DNA of 63,639 nt, filler included, from Reclinomonas americana ATCC 50394 (lineage: Eukaryota), in NCBI GenBank assembly GCA_048213135.1. It is 10 parts of 7 records of this genome, joined end to end, with 100 filler letters (N's around TTAATTAATTAA, not from the genome) between each part and the next. Parts side by side here need not be neighbours in the genome. Positions count along the whole stretch, not along the records: positions 20,836 to 27,860 come from PS015554.1; positions 27,961 to 35,158 come from PS015555.1; positions 35,259 to 41,229 come from PS015556.1; 7 more parts are not named here. One strand, given 5' to 3'. The first letter of the stretch is position 1. Each line of letters opens with the position of its first letter. Positions 26,487 through 40,231 of the stretch are shown piece by piece. The notes beneath the pieces are model-generated. The model was given only the letters and a program-made list of their open reading frames with translations, was not told the origin of the DNA and did not search any database. A program made the translations under genes and the position numbers.

Positions 26487-26876
26487 GTTCGAGCCCGCCA
26501 AGTTCACGCAGCAGAACCAGGCCAACTCGTACTCCGGCTACGAGGGCAAGTTCCAGATCACCGGCACCACCCCATGGAAGGAGACCGACATGGGCGTGGG
26601 CCTCAAGTTCAAGGACCGCGAAGTGCACAGTTGCGTGGCTGCTGCTGCTGCACGGGAGAGACCCAAGTGCAGTCCGCTCATCACAACGCTTTCACAGGCA
26701 CCAGGTTCACCAAGAACGGTGGCACGATGACGCTGAAGCACACCACCAACATGGAGCGTGAGAATGCGGGTGTGCGCAACGGCAAGACCTCAACGTGGAC
26801 CATCACGGGCCCCGCCAACGACATCAATGCTTTCGGTGCTGCCCTGGTGACTGCGGGCGCCACGGAGGGAGCGTAA
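26487..26876 (+). CDS. Probable exons 4-5 of the same secreted protein
   Basis: Phase-2 acceptor completes W-FEPAKFTQQNQ...; coding-like codon bias; no start exon of its own. Confidence 0.65.
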   Translation, partial: VRARQVHAAEPGQLVLRLRGQVPDHRHHPMEGDRHGRGPQVQGPRSAQLRGCCCCTGETQVQSAHHNAFTGTRFTKNGGTMTLKHTTNMERENAGVRNGKTSTWTITGPANDINAFGAALVTAGATEGA

Positions 26877-27058
26877 AAAAATGGAAGAAAAGAGGCTGAG
26901 AGAGATGAATGTAACGATCCAGGCCATTGTGCGAAGTCGTTGGAGGGAGGGAAGGAGGGAGGGAGAGCATCCACAGCGCAGTGGTCACTCGGCAGTCGTT
27001 CTCATGATGTCCCTCACCTGTCCTCATCACGAGATTGTCCAACATTTCGCTCCTCCCC

Positions 27059-30000
27059 ATGGACGCCCAGCGCTTCTCAGTCCGCGTGCGCGCGCCAATA
27101 ATACTAGGCAGCGAGGTGCGCCTACTCACCCTTTCTCTCACTCGCCCCCATCACAACCTTTCTCTCACGACACCACAATGACTTGAAATCGACCGTTACA
27201 TCGCGCAGGGTCCACCTCGTGCTCCCGCTCGTCCACCCACACCTCCTCTCCGACATCGCGGGCTCGCATCTCGTGTTGTCCCCAGTCCGCGCCCAGTCCC
27301 ACCACAAGCTGCACCTTCACCAGCTCCATCATCAGCATCGCAATCATCACCTGCTTTTGCGTCGGCTTTTGTCACTCCATCGCCTGTGCGTCACTCTGCC
27401 TCTCTCTCTTCCTCGCTGTCTCCTAGTGCGTGCTCACTGCTGTTGTTTGTTCTGTGTGTGCGTTGCAGCGTCGCGATGATTCGGCGCTGATGGTGCAGGA
27501 GCTGGAGCGCACGCGTGAGAGCCTCGCCGAGGTTGTCGATGAGTTTCACTACACCGAGGAGCAGGTGCGTGATCGCCCTCTGCCGCCATTGTCAATGTCG
27601 TGCGTGTGTGTGTGTGTGCTTGCTGACAGTAGGGTTGCTTCAGCTCAAGGAACGTGAACGAGAGGTGGCGGAGCTGAGGAGACGAGTGGCCGAGTTCGAG
27701 GCGCAGCAGCAGAAGCAGCGATCGGCATCGGTGTCGGCGCAGACCACACCGCGGTTGGTGGCGACACCGATGCAGCAGCAGCCGCCGCCGCCGCCGCAGC
27801 AGCAGCAGCAGCAACCGCAACAGTGGTACCCTGCGGCTCCGCCACCGACAGCGGCTCCAGNNNNNNNNNNNNNNNNNNNNNNNNNNNNNNNNNNNNNNNN
27901 NNNNTTAATTAATTAANNNNNNNNNNNNNNNNNNNNNNNNNNNNNNNNNNNNNNNNNNNNAACAGCAGCAACATCAGCAGTATCACCACTATTATGGCAA
28001 CGGTAGTAGCACGGCAGGCTCTGCCGCCTCGTCACTGCAATCTACTCCGCGCATGACCAATGGAGGTGGCTATACGAGCAGTGCGTCGTCGGCGACTGGG
28101 TACGATCGCGCGTTCTCGGCGGCGAACAGCCAGGCATCCGGCCGCTACGCCTACCCGTTGCGCACTTTTGTTGTTGTTTGTCGTGTGCCAGTTCCTGATG
28201 ACACCTCTTGCCCTGACAAATGTGTGTTCGTGCCCACGCGCAGCAGCAGCCGTACCACAGACCAGCGATTATTGGCGTTGGAGAATGATTTATTGCGCTC
28301 CGAGTTGCGCATTGAGGAGCTGGAACGAGACAAGGCCGCACTCTCGCTTCGCTTGCAACAAGGTAATCGTTTCTCGTTGGCAATGTCGACCTACGGTGTC
28401 GCATGGTGACCGTTCCAACTGTGCACAGGCGCTCCACCTGTCGAAGAGCCATTGTTGTACTACGAGGAGGTGCAGCGTGTCAAGGACGAGAATCGGAGTT
28501 TGCGCGATTTGTGTGCCGAAAAGGACACTGCAGTGGAGGTCACACGGAAGAAGCTGATGGAGGTGTTGGAACGCACCGACCAGCTGGAGTTCGAGATCGA
28601 GCAGCAGAGAAAGCGCACCGACAAGCAGGTGCGAGAGGCTTCGGAGCCTGTGCGAGTGGAGCTGCAGAAGGCACAGGAGCAGGCAAGTAACCATGTGTAC
28701 CGTGAGATCCACTGCCGTGCGACTCACTGTTCCCTCCTGCATTAGCTGCGAGAAAACGAGCAGTCCATGGCACACACCGGCACTGTGGTGCGGGAGCAGT
28801 CGCTCGCGCTGCTGGCCCTGACGCGTCGCATCCGTGCTCTCGGTCACATGGCACCGGCGCACGAGGAGGGCAAAACCGACGGAGAGTCGCTGGCCGACCT
28901 CACCACCACGCAGTCGTCGTCGGCCGAGTTCGTGACTGGCGTGTGTGTGGCGCTAGAGAACTCGCTAAAAGAGGCACAACGGGAGCTCGGTGAAGTCGAG
29001 GAGCGGTGGGCGGCGTGCGCCGACATGCTGCTGGAGACAGACCGTGCACGGCAGTCTGCACAGTCCGAGACCGACGAGTCGTCTCGCCGGTGTGTTATTG
29101 ATACAAGAGACGCAGAAAGTCATCGTTTGTTGCTGACCATCGATGGCGCACAGGGCTGAGGAATTGGCACGCACAGTGTCGCAATGGCAGGTGCAATACG
29201 GCGAGGTGGAGAGTGAACTGGCAGAGGCGCGCGCACAGTTGGCGGATCGCTCTCTGCACAATCGAGTGGTGGAGTTGGAGGCGCTGAGCCGAGAGCTGGA
29301 GTCGCAAAACTCGCTGTTGCAGGGGCGCTTGACGCAGACTGAGGTTACATCATTCTCGCCAGCCGTCTTGTTTCCATCTGGACTGCGTTGCTTACCCGCG
29401 GTGTTCTTCCAGACGCTCTTGCAACAGGAGCAGGTGCGCTCCATTACTCTGGAGCGACAGCATCAGGACGCCAAGTTGCGTCACGCGCTCGTGACACATG
29501 GTGCCTGCATGTACACGCCTGACGTCGCTTGTTGTGCGTGCACAGAATCGGTCTAAAGGAACTGGGCCGTCTCAGTGCGCAGACCACACAGGACAGCAGT
29601 TTGATTGCGTCGCTGCGCTCCGAGTTGCACTCATGGTGAGTCCACGCGGCGCCCCACTCGCCTTGGTAACCGATCGCTTATTCCGTGGTGTGCAGTCGTC
29701 GTCGCGAGACTGAGCTCGAGCACAAGGTGGCCGAGTTGGAGAGCGAGTTGCAGAGCAAGAAGAACGAGCTGTATCTCGTGGAGCAACAGCAGCAGCAGGA
29801 GTTGCAGACCGATGAGCGTCGTCGCAAGTCGGTGGAGTCCGAGGTGCAGTTGGCGCGCTCCGAAACCAAGCACGTGCAAGTGGATCGCGACCGTCTCCAG
29901 CAACAAGTGCAGACTCTTCGGTGCGTTTTGCTGAAGACTCACTCTCTCATCCGTGCACTCTTTCACTCACCGTGATTTTTGACTGACTGTGTGCAGCACC

Positions 30001-31049
30001 GAGCTGGCCGAGGCCGACAGGAATCAGCGCCAGCTGGTAACTCAGCTGGACAGCATGCGACAGGAGCACCAGTCGGAGATCATGCAGAAAGAGCACGCGT
30101 TGCGAGGGGCGAATGAGCTGCTGAAGGCCGCGCAGGACGACATTCGGTCGGCGCATGTCACCTCGCTGGAACTGCAGCACAAGTTGCGCGTGGCGGAGGA
30201 GAGCAACCTCAAGTTTGAGGCCGATCTGGCGCAGGCCATAAGTGAGGCCCGTCGTGCCGAGAAGGAGGCGCAGGAGAGCAAGGAGAAGCTGGTGGTGGCG
30301 CAAGCCACTCTGGATGCCACTCGGCGGGAGATGAGTGTGCATTCGTCGATCGGTAGCGACACAAGTGCGATGGTACATCGAGCGCGGGAGGAGGTGCTCG
30401 ACTTGCAGCGCGAGTTGTTGACGCTGCGACCACTCGCCACGGAGGTGCGCGAGAAGGACGCGCACATTGAGCGGCTGCGAATCGAAAACAAGCGACAGCT
30501 CAGCGAGTTGCAGGCGCTGCGTGCTGCGGAGGCCGAGTTGCGCGATCGTGAGGGTCAACTCGATCGACTGCGCAGCGACTCGCGCCGCATGCAGGAACTG
30601 GTGCGGGATCTGCAAGATGAGATGTCAAAGGTGCGGTGAACAGTCGAACGGTATTCGTTTCAGCAGCTGTCGTGTCGCTGACGACGGCGCAGGTGGTGAA
30701 TGAGAAAGTGGCGTTGGAGTCGGCCGTCACGGAGCAGACCAAGTACTCGAGCACTGTCGACTCGGACTGGCAACGGCTAAAGTCGTCGCTGGTGGAGTTG
30801 CAGTCAAGAAGGTGCACTTGACTGTCGGTCGATTATGCGGTCTTTCATCGTGGCTGATGTGCTCGGCGCAGTGTGCGAGCAGAGCTTCGTGTCAAGGATC
30901 TGGAGGCCGCCCTCGGCACCAAGACGTTCGAGAATGATGAACTGCACGCGGGAATCTCCGCCACACAGCAGGCGCTGTCGATGCTGCAGAACACACTGGT
31001 GTCAGCCAAGGCCGATTTGGAGGCAGTGACTCGCGAACGGTTCGTCTCT

Positions 31050-31131
<82 letters not shown>

Positions 31132-31405
31132 TTCTTCTTCTCTCTCGTCGTGTACGTACNNNNNNNNNNNNNNNNNNNNNNNNNNNNNNNNNNNNNNNNN
31201 NNNNNNNNNNNNNNNNNNNNNNNNNNNNNNNNNNNNNNNNNNNNNNNNNNNNNNNNNNNNNNNNNNNNNNNNNNNNNNNNNNNNNNNNNNNNNNNNNNNN
31301 NNNNNNNNNNNNNNNNNNNNNNNNNNNNNNNNNNNNNNNNNNNNNNNNNNNNNNNNNNNNNNNNNNNNNNNNNNNNNNNNCGTCGTACGTCGGTCGTCGT
31401 CGTCG

Positions 31406-31487
<82 letters not shown>

Positions 31488-32102
31488 GTCTACCTTTTCT
31501 CACCTCTGTGGTCAATCGATGCACAGCGACCACCTGCGCGAAAAGTACACTGAGTTGCAGGCGCACACGGCCTCCCTGGAGACTGTGTGCGAGCAGTTGC
31601 ATGGGCAGGTGAAGAATGTCGAGTCGAGGTGAATTGTCTATTGCCCGCTCTCTATCTCTCCCCGTCTCTTGATCTCAATCCATCATGTGTCGCACGTAGA
31701 ATGGAGGCTGTCGAGGGCTCCCACATGGAGGCGATTGAGAATTTGCGTGCCGAGAAGCAACATCTGCAACTCGAACTGCAGAAAGCGCAAGAGGTGAGTG
31801 GTTGTGGTTTGTTGCTGGCGTCTCAACGACGGTGATGGTGGTGGTGCTCATACTCACGAGAGCGACGCAGGACATGGACCTGCTGCACGAGGGCTACAGA
31901 GAAATGGTCGACCGCAACAAGTTCCTCGAACAGGAGCGCGTCAAGATGCGACGCCTGCAAGAGGAGGCCGAATTGCAGTCGCACCGAGCCGCGCAGCTGG
32001 AGAACGAGCTGCGCAGCCTGTCGCCTGCCATCCTCGAGCTGCAGGGAATGCTGTCGGTGCTGGCCCAGGCCGTGCAGCAACACCAGGGCCACCTGCCGCA
32101 AG
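27059..32102 (+). CDS. Large coiled-coil protein with Pro/Gln-rich N-terminus, more than 14 exons, 3' end in gap
   Basis: Phase-consistent chain of exons rich in E/L/Q/R heptads, separated by short introns. Confidence 0.75.
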
Positions 32103-32369
32103 NNNNNNNNNNNNNNNNNNNNNNNNNNNNNNNNNNNNNNNNNNNNNNNNNNNNNNNNNNNNNNNNNNNNNNNNNNNNNNNNNNNNNNNNNNNNNNNNNN
32201 NNNNNNNNNNNNNNNNNNNNNNNNNNNNNNNNNNNNNNNNNNNNNNNNNNNNNNNNNNNNNNNNNNNNNNNNNNNNNNNNNNNNNNNNNNNNNNNNNNNN
32301 NNNNNNNNNNNNNNNNNNNNNNNNNNNNNNNNNNNNNNNNNNNNNNNNNNNNNNNNNNNNNNNNNNNNN

Positions 32370-32715
32370 TGGCACCAAGGACGTGCCGACGCCGCGCAAG
32401 ATCGAGGCGTTTGCCGAGCTGCAGCCGGTGAAGAAAGTGGTGTCTGGCGGCATCCACTCCTCATGCATCGGTAACGACGGCTCGGTGTACACCTGGGGGT
32501 GCGGCAGCAACGGGCGTCTCGGGCATCCCGAGTGCGAGGGCCACAGGTTTGTCTTCTCACACAGATCGAACACGAAATGGTGTGCCGACTGACCACTCGC
32601 GTGTCGCAGATATCTCTACAAGGAGGCTGCACCGCGCAAAGTCGATGCGCTCGCCGGCAAGCCAGTGGTTGACTACTCATGTGCCTACTACCACGCCGTG
32701 GCCATTGCACCGTGA
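32370..32715 (+). CDS. C-terminal RCC1 repeats (gene start in gap or fused upstream)
   Basis: VVSGGIHSSCIGNDGSVYTWGCGSNGRLGH...VVDYSCAYYHAVAIAP*. Confidence 0.85.
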
Positions 32716-32847
32716 AAATACGATTTGTAAATCCTCCGGAAACTGACCGACTTTTTGTCCGTTTTCGATCATCGAGCGCAACACACACATACACACATTC
32801 CGTCGTGGTTCTGTGAGATATAGTGCTCAGGTTGGACTCACGATCGC

Positions 32848-35800
32848 ATGAGCTCACAGGCCGATGGAGTGGCCATGCGCGAGCTGCGCGAGCTGAGAGG
32901 TATGTGTGTAAGTCGCGGGTGCGTGTGTTTGCGCACGCGCCTCGGCGGTTTACGCCTTTGTGCTGTGCAGCGAAAGTGGATCGTGGCGCCTCGTCGGCAC
33001 TCCGGTCGGCGACCAGACCAGTGGTGGTTGGTGCGCGACCACCAGAAGACACAGTGGAGTCACTGCGACAACGTGAGAATCGTCTCCAAGTTTTGTGTCT
33101 CTCTATCTCTCTGTCACTGTGTGTCGGGCCATTGCGTGTGACTGATCACTCTTTCCGTGCGCCAGGATATCAAGACCATTGAGTACCGCCGACTCTCTGT
33201 TGCACCCACGTTGCGTAATCTGCGCAGCTTTCACGATTGGTGGAGTGCCTCACTGTTTTTCCTCATACAGCGGACGTCCGTCAGCTCCGACGACGACGAC
33301 AACAGCAGCAGCACCTCCTACAACAGCGGCACCGAGTGCGTTGGGTGGTGGGCCACCGATGAGCCAGAAGGAGCTGGAGCGACATATTCGCGCAGCAACG
33401 TTGCGTGCCGAAGTGGCGCCCAGCCGATCGGCCAGAGTCGATCATGAGCGTGAGGCGGCGCGTGATCGAGCCGACATTGAGAGTTTCCTCTCGGCCGCAC
33501 CCAACATTGCCACTCGCTACATGACCAGCGAGCTAATACCGCTGCAGCACTTGCGGCAGGACCTCAGCAACAACGGGTCGTTGTCGTCGTTTGGTGCCTA
33601 CAGTCCAGCCACACAGGCGATGCAAAGGCGCATTCCACGTGCCATGGAAACGCTGTCGGCGGCTGTTGGTGGGGCAGCGCAGCTGAATACCGGTGCGGAG
33701 GCCGTGGATATGGATCTAGCGCTGGAGTCGGACCGCGAGGATCTCGGCTTTCAGTGGGCGGAGCTCGACTTCAGTGCCTACCTTGCCGATCGGCGAGAGA
33801 GCGACCTGCCACTGCAACCCGGCGACGCCGGTTTCCTTCCGTCGAACCCCACCGAGCACCTCCTGCACAAGTACTTGACGCTGCTGCAGCAGTACTCGTG
33901 GTCCACGCAGCGGGTGCGCGACATGCGCAAGCAGATGCTCGATGCACTGAAAGTGCAGTACCCGGCAGAGGTGAGTCGTGTGCATGTGGAAGACAGCTGA
34001 GTAGTTCTGCTTCTCATTCATTGCCACCCTCAACGGCAGCTCATGGACGAATCGATGAGATCGGAGAGTACAGTTCGAGCGCTGACCTTGGAGCGGTATC
34101 ACATGCAAATGATGCTAAAGGAGGAGATTCGGGCGCTGGAGGTGTGTCATCAGTCAAGCTGCTTTGTGGCAATTACGTGCCTCTTATTTTATCTTGATTC
34201 TCTGTCGTGCAGGCTCAACTGCGAGTGGCCGACGGCAAGGCGGATGGGTTGCGGACGGAGAATAGTCGACTGAAGGATTCGCTGACCTCCAACGAGTACC
34301 AGGTGGCGGCACTGCAGTCCGACAACCAGCAGCTGAAGCGCAAGAGTGCGTGCGTGCGACATGCAGTCTTGTGTCGCGCACACTCGTCTTGCCACTCACT
34401 GCCAGTGCTGCTTCTCTTGCCTCAGTGCGCTATCTGCTCACAAAGGATTCGGTAAGCAGCGGTGGTTCGGTATCACCGGACGACAGCATGTTTGGTTAGT
34501 GTCGCTCACGGCGGTATGTTGTGCGAGAGTGCATCTCACATTCTTGCACACGACAGGTATCAGTGAGTCGCAGAAGCTGCTCATGCAGAAGCTGCTGCTG
34601 CAATTGGACCGCACTCTGCAGAAAGAACGCAGTGATGCTCTGAATGAGATGACTCGCGAAACGAGAAACGCCATGCGCCAGCTACGCATGAGTTGCGCGC
34701 ACTCCTGCTTCTTCTGTGGCCCGTAAAGTATTCCTTATATGTGCATGCACACAGTGGCCATGGAGCACGAGCAGGAGCTGATGATTGTTATTCGCGACGA
34801 TCGTGCCTCGTTCAACGACATACTCTCCAAGTACATTGAGGTGTGCGAGCGTGCTGAATGAGGCGGCCACAGACCATCAGTGAGTTGATTCCCTTGCTTG
34901 CGTCGATGCAGGCTCTGCAAGTGATTTCCGACAAGCTCGGCTTGGACAAGACGTTGGAGCTCGCCAAGGCGCACGATGCACAAGCTCGACTGGCGCGGGT
35001 GAGTAACAGCTGTTCTGTTTTTTTTTTGTATCGCGCACCTGTTGTGCACTTGCCAAACAGAGACGTGCATGCATGCTTTCTACAGATTACCTCCAAACGA
35101 ACTGGATACCCTGTCGAGAGCGACGCACACTGGACCGACTTTCAGACTTCCATGGAGGNNNNNNNNNNNNNNNNNNNNNNNNNNNNNNNNNNNNNNNNNN
35201 NNTTAATTAATTAANNNNNNNNNNNNNNNNNNNNNNNNNNNNNNNNNNNNNNNNNNNNGGCTGTTGTTGTTGCTGTGATGCAAACGAGTGTGACTGAATG
35301 CGATTGTTTCCTTGCAGCGCTCTAAGTGACTCCACCAAGAGCCAGCTGGTCAAGATGAGTTCGCTGCTGCAAAACCTCGTCGACGAAGTGGCGGTGCGTC
35401 TGTCTGCCGTTCCTCACTATTGATCGGGAACTTGCTCACCACTTATCTGCAGCCGGGCGTGGAACTTGAGGTGCCGCTGAGCATGCTGCCGGGCGCCCCA
35501 GGAGACACCAGTGACCCACTCGTCGCTTTGTCGCCTGGACCGGCTCCGCGTGGTTTGTCATGTGTTCTCTCCACAGCCACAGCGTGCCGAACCTGCAGCT
35601 GACGACCCTGCCTCACTCTCGCTCATGCAGTTCGGCATCGGCCGATCGAGCCGCTGGAGGCTCCCGAGATTGTGTTGGAGCGCATTTCGGCGCAGGCCGA
35701 CGAGGATGCACGCAGCGCCGGTCGGCGTGCATCCACTTTCAGCACTTCGAGTATGTCGCCGGCGTCGGGAAGTCGCAGCCCGTCACCTGGAGCCCCACGA

Positions 35801-38512
35801 CGACGCGGCAGTGTTGCGCCTTCGAAGAAACTGCCGAGCACTGATCCAACCGCCGTGGCGAATGCCATCGGGCGCGAGCTGGAGACACTGGCCACCCTCA
35901 CGCAGGGAGTGGTGTCGCACGTGAAGACCGAGGTGCAAGTGGTGAAGCAGGTTTGTCGTCGCCGTGCACAGTAGTCTCCCCCCTTGCAGTGTACACTCAC
36001 TGCAGCTTGCACGCGCGCAGCAAATTGTCGAGTTGCAAGCCTCGGCACGAAGTGCACGAGAACCCGTGCAGGCGTTGCTCGATCGACCTGTGCCGTTCCC
36101 TGTGATGGAATCGTTGTTCCCGACGCCACCGGTGTCGGCCAAGCCGAGTCCGCGTCCACTTGCACCTCCGACGGCACCACCGGAGCCAGTGCTGGTGCTG
36201 ACCGACGTACCGGATTCACGTGACGAAGGTATGTGTGCTTCTTTTCCTGATGTGACGTTGCCTCTTGTGGTTCACCTCGCGTCGTGTGGTAGATCTCGCC
36301 GCCATGGCCCGTTTGGTGAGTGAGCTCACCGAGTCGCGAGACCAGTACGCCGAAGCGGTGGAGCGGCTGCGCGGGCAAATTGCAGCACTCAACGCGCATG
36401 TGGCATCCAAGGACGACGAGATAGCGGAGCTTGGTGACAAACTCGCCGAGCAGCGGGTCACGGCAGCGCATTTGCGCATGGAGAACGCCAAGTTGACGTC
36501 GGATCTCGCCGACCGCGTCAAGACGTGCCACGCTCTGCAGGAGGAGATCTTCTCGTTGCAGTCGGAGTTGGACTCGCACAAGTATGCTGCGGCGGTGTGT
36601 CACGCACGCTTCCAGCAAGTCCCACCCTGCATTGATGCAGTGAGGCTCATGCTATCGTGCACTGCAGGCGGTTTCCGAGTTTGCCGACGTTGATCGGCAC
36701 ATTGCGGAGAGGCAGCAGTCTGTGGAGTGGGTATCGCTGACCACCAAGATGAAGTTCCGCCGTAGAAAGGGTTTGTTGTCCATCTCCGTGCGTCGTTTGG
36801 TGTGTACCAGTTGTTGACTGGCTAGACTATGGACTGCAGCGGCGGTGAAGCGCGGTGTGGAAAAGTCACGAGATCCGTTCCGCGTCTCTCAGCGTGTGCA
36901 AGCCTTTATCGAGCGCATGGAGCAAGTGCAAAGTGAGCGCATCCGTCGCCTGGATGAGTTGCGCGAGGAGCTGCGAGAGGAGCGGGCCACCAACATGACG
37001 TCGGCAATGCAATTGTTGCGTCTCTACGAGTAGTGTTTTTGGGGATGAGCACTGCATCCACTGATGGTTTCGATGCCGCGTAGCATGCAACGACTGCCAC
37101 AGCTATTGCGCAAGTGGTTGAATGAGAGCCGCCTCGGTAACCTGCGGCTCCCCATTAGCCGACCCGGTGAAGATCTGCCGGTCGCGGACTCGGACGACAC
37201 TGGAGCCAGTAGTGCGGCTCCCGATGCCACCTTGCAGCTGCAGACCAATCAGCCGCCATCGCCGCGTCTCGTCTCTGCGCGCATTCTGAAAGACTTGCCG
37301 CATCTGGGCGGTGGGTTCCTCCGGTGCCAGGCCGCCGCCGGTGCCTCCCGATCGGCTCGTCCCTTCTCTGCCAAGCCGCGTCGCGCGTCGAGCATATTCG
37401 TGACCGCAGAGGCGTTCAGTGGTCACGGGCCGGAGTATGTTGACTTTTTGGCTCGCTCCACCACCTCCAGTTGCGCGCGCGTATTGATGTCGTAGGCCCG
37501 CGATCGTTGTCATTTCCTCACCCTCGCCTCCTTCACACAGTTCCCTCGCTGCTGACCGGCGCCAGCGGCAGTGACCGCGACTTTGATCCCAGTGCGCAGT
37601 CGCCAGCGTATTCAACAAACAAGTCACACGAGCTGCTACAGCAGCAACTGCACGCGCAGCTTGCGCGCTCATTGAGCAGCGCGATATCGAATAGGAGTGT
37701 GGTGGAGGTTCCGATAATGCGATCGGCCACCAACGACGCCATGTTGGAGCTCAAGATCGACGCATCAAGGCAGCGCCTGAACTCCGCCAGTAGCAGTGGA
37801 AGTGTTGTCGAGTTTCGTTGCCCAACCACCGGCAGCGATATAACCTCCACTTGCTTTGTGCACTCAATGAGGGATTTTTACAGCACGCCCCTTGCGCTGT
37901 CGTTGCGCGGATCTGGCCGCCCGAGCAGCGGCAGTGGCGCACGGCGGCAATCGCGCGGTGGAGAGCAAGCACGCAGCAGTTCTGCCGCGTCGCGCCTGAA
38001 GTACACCAGTTCTGCCGACGTTGCCGCGGATCTGGCCAAGGCTTTTGTGCAGCCGGCCACACCCGCTCTTCGTGCGTGTGTTATGCAAATTGAGATAGAG
38101 GCCGGTGTTGAATGCTGATTCGCGTTGCAGCTGCGGACTCGTCGTTCGCCGGCAGTGGCAGCATGCGGACTCCGCAGCCGATTCGAACTCGCTCGCACTC
38201 GCTGTTCGACATTGACTCGCCCGACATTAGCCAGTGGACGCCGGCCTCCCAGGCACCCGCACATGCCGATCCATCTCCCATGTCGCCCATGTTTTCATTA
38301 ACCACTCCGGCTTCCGCTCCCGCGAGTAGTGCCAGCAAGAAGAACAGCAATCGACCCACCACCGCGCCAGTGGGCACCGGAAGTGCGTTTTCTCGTGTAG
38401 TGTCGTGTGCCGTGTTGTTCGTGCAACTCACCACCCCTGACGTGTATGTGCAGGAGCACGCAAGTCAAGGGACAGGTTACCATCGCTGGTGGATGAGCTC
38501 AAGTCACAATGA
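32848..38512 (+). CDS. Large coiled-coil / Ser-Pro-rich protein of unknown function, about 20 exons
   Basis: MSSQADGVAMRELRELR... to ...DRLPSLVDELKSQ*; mostly phase-consistent short introns; spans one linker. Confidence 0.65.
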
Positions 38513-38732
38513 AATCAACGAACGAATCAATAATGATGACAAAACTGGCAGTGTTTCAATCAAGCAGCAAACAACATACAATCTTTTCACAAATGCACAA
38601 GCGTACTATAACAATAACAGAGTGAGAGGAGAGGAGGGAAAATCACGCCGACACTGTCGCGCCGACGGACAAGAGCAACAAAAAGGGAGAGACAGTGACC
38701 ATACAGGGTTGTGTTTTCTAAAAAGGACATCA

Positions 38733-40231
38733 TCATCTTGCGCGAGTGCCCTGCAGCAATCGCAGCGCCTCGATCTCAAAGGCGCGCTCCGAGTACGAGC
38801 CTGTTGACGAGGCGCGCGCCTTCTCCTGCAGAATGCGCACGCGTGCCAGTGCCTCCGTCACTCCGCGTCTGGCGGCCGCCGCCTTCTCGCTCAATCTTCT
38901 CAACTCGGCACAGCAGTCCTGCGGAGTGATGGTGGCTCCCACGGCGGCAGCGCGACCACTTGAGGGCGCGGCAGCCGGTGGGTGTGAGTGGCGTCGAGCA
39001 CTGCCGCCCAGACCAGTGACCACAGTCTCAGTGCGATGCGACGGGCGCGCCGTCAACGCCGCCCGCCGGAACGCATCGGCCGGATTCTCGTTCTGCTGTC
39101 TCTGCTGCTGCTGTTGGCGTTCGACGCGACTCGTCAACGCACCCATCAGCTTGCCATACATGCGTTCCGAGGGCGAGTTCTCGTGTGAGCGTGGCGACGG
39201 CGACGCCGATCCCGCATGCTTCACCGCCGTCATCGACAAGCGCGGCACCATTGGCGGCCGCACAATCACCGACTCGTTGTCGTCGTCCGAGTGCGCCGAC
39301 GACCGCGAACTCGACGCCGCCGAGGCCGACGAGGACGGCGGCGGTGACACCTCCATAGCCGTCGATCCTGTCGATCGCACCGGCGCCGGCACCGACAGCA
39401 ACGGCTGTCGCGCGACCGTGGTGGCCATCTTGCGCGTCGCTCCAATCTCCATGGCGGCCGCCGCCATCGGCCGTGTGGCCATTCGCCGCGCCACTCCCAG
39501 TGCCACACTCTGCACATGCGACGACTGCGACGGCGGCATGGAGACCACCGCACCGGCGGCGGCAGCGACCGCGGGACCACTTGTCGCGCCGGAAGAACCT
39601 CCAGCCGCCAACGACGAGAAGCGATGCGTCTGCGTCAGATGCCGCCGCAGCTCCTGCAGTGTGTTGATGATCTTGGAGGCGTTGCTGGTGACGGCCATCT
39701 TGGGTGGCGGGATCGTTGACTCCACCAACGGCTGCGTGTGCAAGAAAGACGATGATTGCGCGTGAGCGGATTTTGTGTCCGATTGGATCAATGCGAACAT
39801 TCTTGCGTTGTGTGCGTTTTACCTTGACGGTGGTGGTCGGCGCCAGAGAGGGAGCGCGGTTGATCATCAGGCGATCAAGTCGTGCCTTGGCCTGTCGCGC
39901 CGCGGTCTGATCGAGCCTGCGAACGAGAGAGAGAGAGAATCGCACTGATGTGAGCTCCTCTCTCGTGTTTGAGCATGTGGTGAGAAAAGACGACTCACTG
40001 GAGCACAGTTGTCGGGCGCTGCGGCTGACGCGGTGGCGGTTGTTGGGCGACAAAGCGGTGCTGTTGTGTAGGCCGCACAGTGGCGGTGGTGGTCTCTGAG
40101 GGCGCCAGGATCAGCGCCATATCCAAGGCGCGCGGGAGCGAAAAGTGGCGCCGACCGCGGTAGCACAGTGGCATCTCGTCGACATCGTCGCCGTACGAGG
40201 AAGAGGAGACAGCAAAGCGGAGAGAGGCCAT
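38733..40231 (-). CDS. Low-complexity Ala/Ser/Pro-rich protein of unknown function, 3 exons
   Basis: MASLRFAVSSSSYGDDVDEMPL..., ~1 kb terminal exon ending ERAFEIEALRLLQGTRAR*. Confidence 0.6.

Noticed and set aside
38746..39765. 339-aa plus-strand ORF
   Set aside because: Antisense shadow of the GC-rich minus-strand exon
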